Counted from the stretch's first letter, positions 10,166-21,049 are shown. The stretch is DNA of 64,000 bases from Aggregatilineales bacterium (GCA_965215855.1 CBDCER010000003.1:3467201-3531200); one strand, 5' to 3'. Notes: generated by a model from the letters alone, not told the origin. Translations and numbers: made by a program.

Positions 10166-10929
10166 TGGCTGGCTTATTGGCGCTGCGGGCTGTCACTCGC
10201 CATTTTGGTGGTTTGGCGGCACTTAGTAATGTCAATATGGACGTGCCCGAAGGACAGATTGTGGGCCTGATTGGGCCGAATGGTGCGGGCAAAACCACGC
10301 TCATTAATTGTATCAGTGGCCTGGATCATCCTAACTCTGGCGAGATTCGATTTGTCAATACGAAGATACACCGCCGCGCCCCACACCGGATTACCGCGCT
10401 GGGTATGGCACGAACCTACCAGAATATCCGCCTATTTGGCGATATGACAACCTTGCAGAATATCATCATTGCTCAACACCAACAGGGCAAATCCACGTTG
10501 CTGCATTCCTTGATCCAATGGCCTGGTCATTGGAAAGAGGAGAAGCGGATTCGTAGTCAGGCACGGCAATATTTGGAGGATTTTGGCCTGGGAACTGTTC
10601 TTCATGTTCGGGCCAGTAATCTGTCGTATGGTGACCAGCGCCGCCTGGAGATGGCACGGGCGCTGGCGACTCGTCCGCGTATGGTGCTGTTAGACGAACC
10701 CACCGCTGGTATGAATGCAATTGAAACTGAACAATTAGGTAGCCAAATCCTGCGAATGCGAGAAGGTGGTATCACTGTTTTGGTGGTAGAACATGATATG
10801 GCACTGATTTCACAGGTATGCGACACAGTGTATGTGTTGAATTTTGGGGAGATCCTGGCATATGGCACACCAGATGAAATCAAGCAGAATCCAGCTGTGA
10901 TTGAAGCCTATCTGGGGAAAGAAGATTAG
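10165..10929 (+). CDS. livG: ABC transporter ATP-binding protein (LivG type)
   Basis: Walker A GPNGAGKTT, signature LSYGDQRRLE, Walker B VLLDEPTAG, and the LivG-specific C-terminal NPAVIEAYLG. Confidence 0.9.
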   Translation: MAGLLALRAVTRHFGGLAALSNVNMDVPEGQIVGLIGPNGAGKTTLINCISGLDHPNSGEIRFVNTKIHRRAPHRITALGMARTYQNIRLFGDMTTLQNIIIAQHQQGKSTLLHSLIQWPGHWKEEKRIRSQARQYLEDFGLGTVLHVRASNLSYGDQRRLEMARALATRPRMVLLDEPTAGMNAIETEQLGSQILRMREGGITVLVVEHDMALISQVCDTVYVLNFGEILAYGTPDEIKQNPAVIEAYLGKED

Positions 10930-10932
10930 CTG

Positions 10933-11691
10933 ATGACTACGCCGCTGCTCGATATTCAGGAATTGGAAGTACGTTATGGTGCTATTATTGCCTTGCGTGG
11001 CATCAGCTTCCGGGTGGAAACTGGTCAGGTTGTGAGCTTGATTGGGGCCAATGGCGCAGGCAAGAGTACAACACTCAATACACTCAGTGGCATTATCAAA
11101 CCGCATAAAGGGGGGATTCACTTTGATGGGAGAGACATCACCAAATGGCGACCAGATCGTGTGGCGGGCTATGGATTGGTGCAGGTTCCTGAAGGCCGGC
11201 AGGTAATTGCGACGATGACTGTTCAGGAAAATCTGGAAATGGGTGCTTACGCTCGCGCTGGTGGCTGGTCAGGCGGTTTGCTCAATCCTCAAAAACGGCA
11301 ACAAAAGCACCATGACATTTCTGCTGATATTGCGGCTGTCTTTCATCGCTTTCCACGCCTGAAAGAACGTCGGAACCAAAAAGCTGGATCATTGAGCGGC
11401 GGTGAACAACAAATGCTGGCTGTCGGGCGGGCGCTGGTGGCACATCCTAAGCTGATGATGCTGGATGAGCCTAGCATGGGTTTGGCCCCAGTGTTGGTCA
11501 ATGAAGTATTTGACATTATTAAAGACATTAAAGCTGAGGGCAAAACAATCCTGTTGGTCGAGCAAAATGCCCGCAAGGCTCTGGAAGTGACTGATTATGC
11601 TTATGTGCTGGATCGTGGACGAATTGCCAAAGAAGGCGAATCGGAAATGCTACGCAATGATGAGGAGGTGATCGAAGCCTACCTCGGGTGA
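10933..11691 (+). CDS. livF: ABC transporter ATP-binding protein (LivF type)
   Basis: Walker A GANGAGKST, signature LSGGEQQMLA, Walker B MMLDEPSMGL, and C-terminal EEVIEAYLG. Confidence 0.9.
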   Translation: MTTPLLDIQELEVRYGAIIALRGISFRVETGQVVSLIGANGAGKSTTLNTLSGIIKPHKGGIHFDGRDITKWRPDRVAGYGLVQVPEGRQVIATMTVQENLEMGAYARAGGWSGGLLNPQKRQQKHHDISADIAAVFHRFPRLKERRNQKAGSLSGGEQQMLAVGRALVAHPKLMMLDEPSMGLAPVLVNEVFDIIKDIKAEGKTILLVEQNARKALEVTDYAYVLDRGRIAKEGESEMLRNDEEVIEAYLG

Positions 11692-11840
11692 CGTTTTCCA
11701 TCCCCATGCTCTTCCCCAATGCTTTCAATGGTTATTATGGAAGGTTTGTATTTCGTTGAGTTTCGGCGAATTCTGGCTATTCGATGCTATCATGAATATA
11801 AGGATCGACCATTCGTTTAGCTATGTGTGTGGAGTTGAGT

Positions 11841-12956
11841 ATGGCAACTATATCTGCACAAAATGTTGATATTGACATTGAGGCTGGCTACTGGCGTTTG
11901 TACCAGCAGTCGGATCGTCTGATACCACCTCTGCTTTTCGAAGCCATTCACGGATCGGGCCTATTGCAATACAAATCTACTTTTGGTCAGGAGATTGGAT
12001 TACCCGGCAATCGTTTAGCAACAACTTATGTTAGGGCAGTAGTGGTCGGGTATAATCCAAAATTGTCTCGCTGGTTGCTGGGGTTGCATGTATCGAATAC
12101 GCCTGAAGAAAAGCCACGCTGGGTTCAACTTGTCCGCTGGCCCCAAGCTTTGAATAAGAAACATGCTGACATGGCGCAAAGTGCGGGAAGGGCACTGGCT
12201 GAGTATATTGGCTGTCCACTAAAAGTCTTCGGCACGAAGAAAGTTAGTACAGCCAATGTCACCGGGCCAATAGAAAAACATGAACGTATGGACATGCATC
12301 CGTCTGATGTCAGACGTTCTGCTAAAAAGGTGAAACTTCCTATCGAGTGTGAAGGGGTGTGGTTGGGGCCAGGTCGCCATGATGGCCTGACGCTCCGCAA
12401 TAACCATGCTGGCGGCAAACATGATGCCGGACAAGTCACGCCTGCCTATCAACTGTGTGAAATTAACCCGAAGAAGAAAACGGTCAAGATGGTTCCACCT
12501 ACCGGCTTGTTGAGTGCGTTCTTTGGTGGTCTGCGAGGCCGTGAGATCGAATTTGAATCCATCCGTAATATCGAGTTGCGCCATGTCATCGAGACCACCT
12601 CTGCAGCGCGGCGCGGTGAGGCTGATGGCATGTTAGTTGAGATATCAACGACACATCGCTATTGGCGGGTGTACCTGACTTTGCGTGATGAAAATGTGTT
12701 GTTGACGATGACCTCGCACAGTACGAGTAGCGATCTGACACGGCATCGTGTCACGGGTGGGGCAGCACCATCGGCCACTGAAAGTTATCATACCAGTGTG
12801 CAATATTATCGGGAACTGGAAAATGACCAGAAATGTAGAGAGGCCGCGTGTCAATGGGCCGAACAAGCAGCAGTTGTGCTTGCCGCGATGATCGGTCGCC
12901 CGTTAGTGAAAACACAGGTTGGTCAGGAAATGGATCGGTACGAAGAACTGTATTAG
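11841..12956 (+). CDS. hypothetical protein (no recognisable domain)
   Basis: The long ORF starts at 11823. The ATG at 11841 has GGAG 6 nt upstream, so I prefer it. About 371 aa, no TM segment or signal peptide, and no motif I can name. Confidence 0.55.
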   Translation: MATISAQNVDIDIEAGYWRLYQQSDRLIPPLLFEAIHGSGLLQYKSTFGQEIGLPGNRLATTYVRAVVVGYNPKLSRWLLGLHVSNTPEEKPRWVQLVRWPQALNKKHADMAQSAGRALAEYIGCPLKVFGTKKVSTANVTGPIEKHERMDMHPSDVRRSAKKVKLPIECEGVWLGPGRHDGLTLRNNHAGGKHDAGQVTPAYQLCEINPKKKTVKMVPPTGLLSAFFGGLRGREIEFESIRNIELRHVIETTSAARRGEADGMLVEISTTHRYWRVYLTLRDENVLLTMTSHSTSSDLTRHRVTGGAAPSATESYHTSVQYYRELENDQKCREAACQWAEQAAVVLAAMIGRPLVKTQVGQEMDRYEELY

Positions 12957-12963
12957 GCTGCCA

Positions 12964-13653
12964 TCAACGCTGTAGATGGTGGATTCCATCAGCACTGGCA
13001 ACGATCACGTCGGTTGCCAGTCCCAGGAATAGTCCATGTTCTACCACTGCTGCCAGCTTATCCAGGTGAGCGGCGATTTCAGCAGGGGTAGGCATTGGGC
13101 CAAATTGACAATCCAGAATATAATTTCCCTGATCTGTGGTAAATGGGCTGCGGTCATCGTTGGTGCGTAGATTCCACTGCGCTCCCAATTGTTCTAGAAC
13201 AGCGGTTTGTGATTGCCAGCCAAATGGAATGACCTCGACTGGTACAGCAAAGTGAGTTCCCAATGCTGGTGATAACTTGCTGTCATCTACCACGATGATT
13301 TCACGACGGCTGGCCTGTGCCACAATCTTCTCGCGTAATAATGCGCCCCCACCACCTTTGATTATATCCAGATTTGGGGAAACTTCGTCTGCGCCATCAA
13401 TGGTGAGATCAATCACTGGATGCTGATCAAACGTCGTCAGCGTAATGTTGAGTTTGCGAGCCTCCTGCTCGATATAACGCGAACAGGGAATGCCGACAAT
13501 ATTGTGCAATTGACCTTCTGTCAGCAATTGCGCGATACGCTGCACAGCAAAAATGGCGGTGCTGCCATGTCCGAGACCGACCACCATGCCCGACTCGACG
13601 AATTCGACGGCACGTTCCGCCGCCATTTGTTTCAATTTTGCACTATTCATCAA
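12964..13653 (-). CDS. rpiA: ribose-5-phosphate isomerase A
   Basis: 229 aa. Motifs VGLGHGSTA, DGADEV and KGGGGALLREKI are typical RpiA signatures. Confidence 0.9.
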   Translation of the reverse strand: MMNSAKLKQMAAERAVEFVESGMVVGLGHGSTAIFAVQRIAQLLTEGQLHNIVGIPCSRYIEQEARKLNITLTTFDQHPVIDLTIDGADEVSPNLDIIKGGGGALLREKIVAQASRREIIVVDDSKLSPALGTHFAVPVEVIPFGWQSQTAVLEQLGAQWNLRTNDDRSPFTTDQGNYILDCQFGPMPTPAEIAAHLDKLAAVVEHGLFLGLATDVIVASADGIHHLQR

Positions 13654-13662
13654 GGTTCTTCC

Positions 13663-14217
13663 TTACAGGCGCGGCGGTGTCACACCCTGCTGGCCCTGAT
13701 ATTTCCCTTTGCGATCTGCATACGATACTTCACACAGCTCATCGCTTTCGTAGAACAAGAGCTGGGCAATGCCTTCGTTAGAGTAGATGCGAGCTGGTAG
13801 TGGGGTCGTATTGCTGATTTCCAGTGTCAGATAGCCTTCCCACTCTGGTTCCAGCGGGGTGACGTTCACAATCAGACCGCAGCGTGCATAGGTGCTTTTG
13901 CCGACGCAAATCGACAGGGTATTGCGCGGAATACGGAAGTATTCGACTGTGCGGGCCAACGCAAACGAGTTCGGCGGGATAATGCAAGCGTCACCTTTAA
14001 AATCCACAAAAGAAGACGTGTCAAAATGTTTCGGATCGACAACCGCGCTGTTGACATTGGTGAATATTTTGTATTCGTCGGCGATGCGAATGTCGTAGCC
14101 GTAGCTGGATAGGCCATAACTGACCACCCCATTACGCACCTGTCCTTCCACAAACGGCTCAATCATGCGATGTTCGAGTGCCATCTTGCGTATCCAATGA
14201 TCGGGTTTAATTGCCAT
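13663..14217 (-). CDS. dcd: dCTP deaminase
   Basis: The ORF track extends to 14526, but the homologous part starts at [13 protein letters not shown] (ATG at 14217). That gives 184 aa with [14 protein letters not shown] and [31 protein letters not shown]. Confidence 0.88.
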   Translation of the reverse strand: MAIKPDHWIRKMALEHRMIEPFVEGQVRNGVVSYGLSSYGYDIRIADEYKIFTNVNSAVVDPKHFDTSSFVDFKGDACIIPPNSFALARTVEYFRIPRNTLSICVGKSTYARCGLIVNVTPLEPEWEGYLTLEISNTTPLPARIYSNEGIAQLLFYESDELCEVSYADRKGKYQGQQGVTPPRL

Positions 14218-15355
14218 TCCATGCTCCAAGATGCAGTGTGTTTCCAAGGTTGGTAGCGGCTTCCACAAGCCAGGCTTCTGCTTGTTGAAGTGCCTCTTCG
14301 AGTGTGCAAACTTGTGGGACAATGCTCCACGCCGCGGAGATTCCCCACTGTTGCAACTCGCTGACTTTGGCAGTGACAGCTCCAGCGAAAGCGATGACCG
14401 GAATCTGGTGACGAGTGGCGAGCTGTGCAATGCCGAAAGGAGCTTTTCCGCCGCCAGTTTGATTATCCAACTTGCCTTCACCTGTGATGAGCAAGTCAAT
14501 GTCGCCAACCGCCAGCTGGCGATCATAGCTGCAAGACTGGATAAGCGCCAACACTCCTGATACCAGTTCGGCTCCGGTCCCTGCCATTAAACCTGCACTA
14601 AGGCCGCCCGCCGCACCGGTTCCTGGCATGTTCCGTATATCTAGCCCCACATCGCGCTGGATGACATCGGCATAGTGCGCGAGATTGGCTTCCAGACGGC
14701 GAACCGTAGCGGCATCAGCGCCTTTTTGGGGGCCAAATACGGCAGCCGCTCCATCAGGTCCCAACAATGGGTTGTCTACATCGCACAATACGCGGATTGT
14801 AACGCCAGCCAGCAATTCTTGGAGAGGCGTGAGGTCGATGTATGCTAGTTGGTGCAGTGTGCCGCCACCAAAGGGAATCGGATCCTCTCCTGTGTTGTTT
14901 AGCAACCGTGCTCCTAATGCCTGTAAGCATCCCGCCCCACCATCCACGGTGGCGCTGCCGCCAATGCCGACCAATATTTCGGTAGTGCCGCGCTCAATGG
15001 CATCGCGGATCAATTGCCCGGTGCCGAAAGTCGTTGTCCGCAAGGGATCGCGTTCTTCAATGAGTTCAATGCCGGACGCTCGCGCCATCTCAATCAGTGC
15101 CATCTGTCCTGCCAAGCCATACTCGGCCCGAACGTTTGCTCCTAGTGGCCCAGTGACATCCAGCGATATACGTTCGCCATGGTTTGCGCTTAACCAAACA
15201 TCGAGGGTTCCATCGCCGCCATCAGCCAGCGGCATCAAAATTGTCTCGCAATCCAACAAGCTTTGTTTCAAGCCAGTGTCAATTGCTGCAACCGCTTCGA
15301 GTGCTGTCAGGCTGCCACGAAAGGCATTTGGGGCAATTGCAATTTTGCGTGTCAA
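14207..15355 (-). CDS. glycerate kinase
   Basis: 382 aa. Motifs [22 protein letters not shown] and [17 protein letters not shown] are characteristic of the GlxK/GarK family. Its 3' end overlaps the dcd start by 11 nt. Confidence 0.88.
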   Translation of the reverse strand: MTRKIAIAPNAFRGSLTALEAVAAIDTGLKQSLLDCETILMPLADGGDGTLDVWLSANHGERISLDVTGPLGANVRAEYGLAGQMALIEMARASGIELIEERDPLRTTTFGTGQLIRDAIERGTTEILVGIGGSATVDGGAGCLQALGARLLNNTGEDPIPFGGGTLHQLAYIDLTPLQELLAGVTIRVLCDVDNPLLGPDGAAAVFGPQKGADAATVRRLEANLAHYADVIQRDVGLDIRNMPGTGAAGGLSAGLMAGTGAELVSGVLALIQSCSYDRQLAVGDIDLLITGEGKLDNQTGGGKAPFGIAQLATRHQIPVIAFAGAVTAKVSELQQWGISAAWSIVPQVCTLEEALQQAEAWLVEAATNLGNTLHLGAWNGN

Positions 15356-15395
15356 TTCAAAACCACCTCAGTTATAGTTAATAAGCCCTATCATA

Positions 15396-16451
15396 ATGCG
15401 AATCCGAGTCAGGTTGAAGATGCAATCATCACCACAGGAAAGCTGGCAGAAATTCAAAGAGCAGAACATTCCTAAGCTATCGCGGCGGCGACGCTGGCTG
15501 GCTGGTTGCTTTACGAGTTTGATTTTGTTTGTGTGTATGTTGATTGTGTTGCCGTTTTTACTGCCGTTGGCTGGCCCCGATCCTCGTAATCCCCACGCAT
15601 TGGCCGATCCAAATGGCGCATTCATCACTCTGGATGATTATCAAATATACTATGTACACTTGCCAGCGGACGGGGAGACGGTATTGCTATTGCATGGTTT
15701 GGGCGGTTCGACATTGACCTGGCGTGAAACCTTACCAGCATTACAAGCAGCAGGCTTCAATACCTATGCGCTAGATTTGCCGGGAGCCGGACTTTCTGAA
15801 AAAGGACTAGAATTGGACTACAGTCACCCGGCCATGACCCAGTTGATTGTTGCCTTTCTTGATAGACAAAACATTGCTCGCGGTCATATCGTTGCGCACG
15901 CAGTCAGTGGCAATATTGCGTTGATGTTGGCCCAGGTACATTCACAGCGTGTGAGCAGTCTGACGCTGGTGGCTCCGACGATCATCACCGATGCACCGCC
16001 CAAAACCCCTTCCATCCTGCTTGATCTCCCTTTCTTGATACGCTGGATTCGGGTAGCATCCCATTATTTGGTACCAGAAATCGTAGGCGATCAACTTCGC
16101 AGCGCCACTGTGCAAGATGATGTGGTAACGGATGATTTGATTCAGAATTATTCGCGGGTGCTATATACGGAAGATTGGGATCTTGCTGCTGTTGGGATGT
16201 TGCGCGACAGCTATCGGAATGCTTTGTCTGAGCCACTGTCCACGATAGAAATCCCTGTGTTGCTTTTATGGGGGGCGGCTGATGGTTGGGCATCACCTGA
16301 AGGTGCAAACAATCTGGTGGGCGAATTTCCGGATGGGCAACTTCATAAGTTCCCCAATGTGGGCCATTTACCTATGCATGAAGCCCCAATGGCTTTTAAC
16401 ACTGTTCTTATAAACTTTTTGGATAATAGAGCGGAATCGTTGCAAGAATGA
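15396..16451 (+). CDS. alpha/beta-fold hydrolase with N-terminal membrane anchor
   Basis: 351 aa. One TM helix, the HG oxyanion motif LLHGLGGS, a nucleophile-elbow-like AHAVSG, and C-terminal GHLPMHE. Confidence 0.75.
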   Translation: MRIRVRLKMQSSPQESWQKFKEQNIPKLSRRRRWLAGCFTSLILFVCMLIVLPFLLPLAGPDPRNPHALADPNGAFITLDDYQIYYVHLPADGETVLLLHGLGGSTLTWRETLPALQAAGFNTYALDLPGAGLSEKGLELDYSHPAMTQLIVAFLDRQNIARGHIVAHAVSGNIALMLAQVHSQRVSSLTLVAPTIITDAPPKTPSILLDLPFLIRWIRVASHYLVPEIVGDQLRSATVQDDVVTDDLIQNYSRVLYTEDWDLAAVGMLRDSYRNALSEPLSTIEIPVLLLWGAADGWASPEGANNLVGEFPDGQLHKFPNVGHLPMHEAPMAFNTVLINFLDNRAESLQE

Positions 16452-16466
16452 AGAGGTAGAAACTGT

Positions 16467-16922
16467 ATGCCAGCATTTCAAATCGGTCAGGACGCCCCAG
16501 ATTTTACTGCGAAAACAAATTCCGGACGGGAATTTCAGCTTTCAGATTTCAGGGACAAGAAAAATGTGGTGCTAGTAATTTACCCTGGTGACCAAACTGC
16601 TTCTTGTACCCGGCAGCTATGTGCCTTTCGTGACGAATTCCCTCGTTTTCAGGATGCAGAGACTGAGGTGTTTGGGATCAACCCAGCCAGTGCCGAGAGT
16701 CACCAGCGATTTGTTGATAAGAATGGGTTTCCTTTTGACCTCATCGTAGATGAAGGCCGCCAGATCGCTAGGAGCTATGATTCTGTGATGTTGATGGGTT
16801 TTGTCATTAAACGCACTGTGATTGCTATCAATAAATCGGGTAAAATCGTGTTGTTCAAACGAGGTTATCCAACTAATGATGAAATTTTAGATGCTTTGAG
16901 ACAGTCGAATAAAGGTGAATAA
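16467..16922 (+). CDS. bcp: peroxiredoxin (Bcp / AhpC-TSA family)
   Basis: 151 aa. APDFTA...VVLVIYPGDQTASCTRQLC contains the peroxidatic and resolving Cys pair typical of Bcp. Confidence 0.8.
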   Translation: MPAFQIGQDAPDFTAKTNSGREFQLSDFRDKKNVVLVIYPGDQTASCTRQLCAFRDEFPRFQDAETEVFGINPASAESHQRFVDKNGFPFDLIVDEGRQIARSYDSVMLMGFVIKRTVIAINKSGKIVLFKRGYPTNDEILDALRQSNKGE

Positions 16923-16937
16923 CCCAGGAGGTAGCTT

Positions 16938-17150
16938 GTGGAGCGTACATCAGTACAGTCCAGCAACCTTGCGTCAGTGGGGTACGATTCAAGAACACAG
17001 ACGTTAGAAATTCAGTTTCAAAACGGTAGAGTCTATCAATATTTTGATGTTGCGCAGGATGTTTATAGTGGGCTTATGAAAGCTGCATCGCATGGAAGAT
17101 ATTTTCTTGCCAATATCAAAGGCATGTACGATTATCGCCGCGTGAGATAG
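16938..17150 (+). CDS. KTSC domain-containing protein
   Basis: 70 aa with a GTG start. SSNLASVGYD..TLEIQFQNGRVYQYFDV....GLMKAASHGRYF matches the KTSC (LysRS C-terminal-like) pattern as I remember it. Confidence 0.65.
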   Translation: MERTSVQSSNLASVGYDSRTQTLEIQFQNGRVYQYFDVAQDVYSGLMKAASHGRYFLANIKGMYDYRRVR

Positions 17151-17192
17151 TGGATAAATTCCGATACAACATTTGGCCGGACAACAATGTGG

Positions 17193-18239
17193 CTACATTT
17201 CGGGCGTATCATCTTCCTGCACTAAATGAGCGTAGAGCGCTCGGACGGTTTCAATCGAGCGATGCCCCAGTAGTGCTTGAATATCTTCCAGCGAATGGCC
17301 GCTTTGAATGAGTTGAAGCGCCCGCCAGTGCCGAAAATCCTGGGGAGAGACATCGGGTAACCCAACAGCTCGTGCCGCCCGTCGCACTACGCGCCAGGCC
17401 ACAATGCGACTCATCCGACTGCCATCGTAACGTGGGTCATGGCTGATGAACAAGGGATATTCCACATCTGTTGGTGTTATATCACGACGTTGTACATAAT
17501 CTCGAATTGCTGGTAGGGCGCTTTTCAGATTAAGTTGATAACGATGGCCGCTTTTCCCGATGACGTCTACATTGATTACGGATCTTGCACTCATGTTATG
17601 TCTACTAAACGCGCCCACATCCAGACTAAGCAATTCGCTGATGCGACCACCTGTCTCAGCCAGGCAGTGTAGCAAAGCCCGATTGCGAAGCCGCGTGAGT
17701 TCCCAACGTTCGAGGCGGTGACTTGCGCCGGGTTTCAGCATAGATTTGGGTGGTTTTTGTGTATCGTAGTAGCCAACAACTGCTGCTAGGTCTTCGATTG
17801 GGCTAACTGCTTTTTCATCGTCACGGTGCTGCGTTTTCAGTCGATCCCGAACCAAGCCACTGACTTTGGCGACTGGGAATTCAGGGGATAGCCACTCGTG
17901 TTGTTCCATAAACTGAAGCCAGTGTTGCACGCCAGCCACTCGTAATTCCACTGTTGCCAGCGCATAAGGACGCCGGTCATTGCCGGAACCTGGCGACATC
18001 AACCACTCGGCAAATTGCAGCAACAGGGGGGTGTCGCTTTCGGAAAAGACAGTTGGCGACAGTTCTTGTGGTGTGGCGAATGTGTGCCGATGAACGGCAA
18101 GCTCCTGGCTACGGTCTGCCAGAAATGTAAAGAATAGCTCAATTGAGCGCATATATGCCGACAATGTATGGCTGGATTTCAGGTCAGCCCGATTGATATA
18201 TTGACGGAAACATTCATCAAGCGTAGCAGGTTGGCTCAA
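17193..18239 (-). CDS. tyrosine-type site-specific recombinase/integrase
   Basis: 348 aa with a TTG start. N-terminal SAM-like core-binding region. The catalytic region has ETGGRISELLSL (Arg), FRHWRA (HxxR), LLGHRS (His) and the terminal Tyr in RALYAHL. Confidence 0.85.
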   Translation of the reverse strand: MSQPATLDECFRQYINRADLKSSHTLSAYMRSIELFFTFLADRSQELAVHRHTFATPQELSPTVFSESDTPLLLQFAEWLMSPGSGNDRRPYALATVELRVAGVQHWLQFMEQHEWLSPEFPVAKVSGLVRDRLKTQHRDDEKAVSPIEDLAAVVGYYDTQKPPKSMLKPGASHRLERWELTRLRNRALLHCLAETGGRISELLSLDVGAFSRHNMSARSVINVDVIGKSGHRYQLNLKSALPAIRDYVQRRDITPTDVEYPLFISHDPRYDGSRMSRIVAWRVVRRAARAVGLPDVSPQDFRHWRALQLIQSGHSLEDIQALLGHRSIETVRALYAHLVQEDDTPEM

Positions 18240-18250
18240 GTTCGTTTTCC

Positions 18251-19264
18251 TTATTCGGCTGCGTCCTGCGGAACGTCGGTAGGTGTGTCAGTGGGCAAGG
18301 TAGCCGCTGGTAGTTGTAACCAATAGATTTCGGATCCAAACATCGTATGTACAAACAGGCGCATGTCGGGGCTGATGGAGAGGCCTGCTAAGGGGGCGGC
18401 CAGCTCTGACCAAAGGACAATTTCAACGTCAACATTCGTGCAGCCACCCTGATCTCGACAGTGTTCTGCATCTACGCGCCCCACAATGCCGCGTGTACCC
18501 AATGAATAGGCGAAATATAGCAAGCCGTCTGGCCCCATGACAAGATTGGTGGTATTTTGCAGTCCACTCACTAACGGTTGCATATCATCAGCAGTCAATA
18601 TTGCATCGTCAGGGACTTCAAACCACTCGATTGCGCGGCGGGCGCTGCCATTGTTTGCCACATAAACAAAATCATCATCAACAATGATACCGGTTGGATT
18701 GCGGAATCCTGTCGCTATCGTGCGAATATCACCCTCGCGTGTTATGTTAATCACGTCGTCGGCACGAAGTTGTGTCAGGTAGAAAGAATCGTCATCGGCG
18801 GCGGCTAATCCCCAGGGAGAAGCCAATCCTTCGGCAATATCCACCCGTGCTGGTGATTGAGAGGTGTCAATTCGAGACAGGGTGCTGCGTTGAAAATCGG
18901 CAGCCCACAGCACCGGCCCGTCTTCTACATACATACTGTGGGTATTTTGAACACCGGATATATAGGTGATTGTTGTCCCGGTCGTGTCGTCTAAACGATA
19001 GATGGTGAAATCACCTGCACAGCCCGTGTAGAGAAATCCATCGTGCCAGAAGATGCCATTGGGACGCTGAACGTTGCCAGTGATGATTTGCAGGTCCGTT
19101 TGTAGAAATGGCTCTATCGTCGGTGTAGAGCCGTCCTGTGGGTGTAAACTTGCGTTGAGCGAATCCCCATTCGCCGCGAAAGCCATTGACGTTGCGATTC
19201 CGAAGGCGATAACGACTGTCATGATAATAACGATGATTCGATACCAATTATTGCTCTGTTCCAT
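18251..19264 (-). CDS. secreted beta-propeller protein (NHL/SMP-30-like repeats)
   Basis: 337 aa. N-terminal TM/signal helix and repeated blades with GL/GI..D......YV motifs. The family assignment is only by pattern. Confidence 0.55.
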   Translation of the reverse strand: MEQSNNWYRIIVIIMTVVIAFGIATSMAFAANGDSLNASLHPQDGSTPTIEPFLQTDLQIITGNVQRPNGIFWHDGFLYTGCAGDFTIYRLDDTTGTTITYISGVQNTHSMYVEDGPVLWAADFQRSTLSRIDTSQSPARVDIAEGLASPWGLAAADDDSFYLTQLRADDVINITREGDIRTIATGFRNPTGIIVDDDFVYVANNGSARRAIEWFEVPDDAILTADDMQPLVSGLQNTTNLVMGPDGLLYFAYSLGTRGIVGRVDAEHCRDQGGCTNVDVEIVLWSELAAPLAGLSISPDMRLFVHTMFGSEIYWLQLPAATLPTDTPTDVPQDAAE

Positions 19265-19607
19265 ATATACATCCTCACAGTAAAATCACATCCGCTCAAA
19301 ATCCTACCACCTGACGGGAATCTTGACCACATTTTCGGTTGACGGTGGGGATGATACGCGTAAAGACCCAACCACTATGCAATGGACATGGGATCCCAGC
19401 AATTATCAGGGAATCGGTAGAGATGCACGATTGTGAATGTATTCTATCTATGGGTTATCCTTGCGAAAAAATGGCCTTGTCAGCTTGATTCGAGATATTT
19501 GGGCAATGTCTCATTCTACATTCAGTGTTTTGCGATTAGATTTCAACACCAAGTTTGCCCAATATCCTTATATTTGATCTCTAGTGAACTATTGATAACT
19601 CATAGAT

Positions 19608-21049
19608 CAATACCTTCGCCAAAAACGAGGGATTGAAAGGGCTTTAGTGTCGTGTAAAGTTGTCTACATAAACCGATGAAGACAAAAAGGCATGACGAAA
19701 AAAGCCCATGATTGATATTGTAACACTATTGCTCTGCTTTGAGGTACACCTATCACCAACAACCCTACGACAAATGAGCCGGATTATCCCAGCCATACTG
19801 GCGATGACAGGGCGGGTCACGATGCTGGGTATCTCACGATGGACAGATAAAGGGGGGAGCTATCGGACGATACAGCGGTTGTTCCACACAGTGCTACCGT
19901 GGGCAGAGATGCACTGGGCATTTTTTCGCCAACACGCCCTCAATCCGGAAGATGAGTACCTACTGGCCGGCGATGAATGGGTCGTGACAAAATCGGGCAA
20001 GAAGACCCATGGGGTGGATCGCTTCTTTTCAGGATTGTACGGCAAACCCGTGCCGGGCGTGGCATTCTTCGGACTATCACTGATAAGTATTGAGGAACGG
20101 CAAGCCTATCCAGGCATGGTGGAGCAACGGGTACGCAGTGAGGCTGAGAAAACGGCAGCCAAAGCCGCCAAGAAAAAGAGCAAGAAGAAGCGGAAAAGAG
20201 GCAAGCCCGGGCGTCCTAAGACCCAGGTGGAGTTGCCCCCAGAACTACAGCAGATTCAAGGCATGGTGCAGCGACAATTGGCACTGATCAAGGACACGAT
20301 TCAGGTGACTTATCTGGTGTTGGATGGTAAATTCGGCAACAACAATGCCCTGCAAATGACCCGGCAATGTGACGTGCATTTGATCTCCAAATTGCGTCAT
20401 GATGCGGCGTTGTATATACCCTATGTTGGCCCACAATCTAAATATGGTCAGCGTCGCAAATATGGTGATAAGCTCAACTATCATGCCATCCCGTCTGACT
20501 ATTTGAAGGAAACCACCCTGGAAGATGGTATCCAAACCCAGACCTTTCAGGCAACATTGCTTCACAAAGACTTCGCCCAACCCCTCAACGTCGTCATCAT
20601 CGTCAAAACAGACTTGAAAACAGGAAAACAGGCGCGTGTGATTTTGTTCAGCAGTGACCTCAGCCTATCTTATGAGCGCTTGATTGACTACTACAGCCTA
20701 CGCTTCCAGATTGAATTCATCTTCCGCGATGCCAAACAGCATTTCGGACTGGAAGACTTCATGAACGTCGCCGAGACAGCGGTCACCAATGCCGCCAACT
20801 TGTCTTTCTTGATGGTCACGCTCTCCCGTATCCTACGCCGCCTCCTTTTCCCTGATTATCCGGATGCCAGTATCCTTGATCTCAAAGCCCGCTTTCGTGG
20901 TCGCAAATATGTCGCTGAAACATTAAAATTACTTCCGGAAATCCCTGATCCTATTTTATTGGATCGTATCTTTTACACGGTGGCGTCTCTCGGTGCTATC
21001 CATACCGTTGCGTGCCACTCCGCCTCGTCATAATTTGGCGAAGGTATTG
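19608..21049 (+). mobile_element. Insertion sequence, copy 1 (IS701-like DDE element), intact
   Basis: 1442 bp. Perfect 16-bp terminal inverted repeats CAATACCTTCGCCAAA (19608-19623) and TTTGGCGAAGGTATTG (21034-21049). It is flanked by the 6-bp direct repeat ATAGAT (19602-19607 and 21050-21055). Confidence 0.9.
19708..21033 (+). CDS. DDE transposase (IS701/IS4-superfamily-like)
   Basis: 441 aa. LLAGDEWVVTKSGKKTHGVDRFFSG resembles the IS701-family first-D region (DxT..KKG...GV.RQY.G). It lacks the 7 residues GSKNKDK that are present in copies 2 and 3 (21-nt in-frame indel). The stop codon abuts the right inverted repeat. Confidence 0.85.
   Translation: MIDIVTLLLCFEVHLSPTTLRQMSRIIPAILAMTGRVTMLGISRWTDKGGSYRTIQRLFHTVLPWAEMHWAFFRQHALNPEDEYLLAGDEWVVTKSGKKTHGVDRFFSGLYGKPVPGVAFFGLSLISIEERQAYPGMVEQRVRSEAEKTAAKAAKKKSKKKRKRGKPGRPKTQVELPPELQQIQGMVQRQLALIKDTIQVTYLVLDGKFGNNNALQMTRQCDVHLISKLRHDAALYIPYVGPQSKYGQRRKYGDKLNYHAIPSDYLKETTLEDGIQTQTFQATLLHKDFAQPLNVVIIVKTDLKTGKQARVILFSSDLSLSYERLIDYYSLRFQIEFIFRDAKQHFGLEDFMNVAETAVTNAANLSFLMVTLSRILRRLLFPDYPDASILDLKARFRGRKYVAETLKLLPEIPDPILLDRIFYTVASLGAIHTVACHSASS

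Noticed and set aside
14218-14526. N-terminal extension of the dcd ORF. The track ORF is 287 aa and starts at 14526.
   Set aside because: The extension overlaps the 3' end of the glycerate kinase gene in another frame and has no similarity to dCTP deaminases. The canonical Dcd N-terminus (MAIKPDHWI...) begins at 14217, giving the expected ~184 aa.
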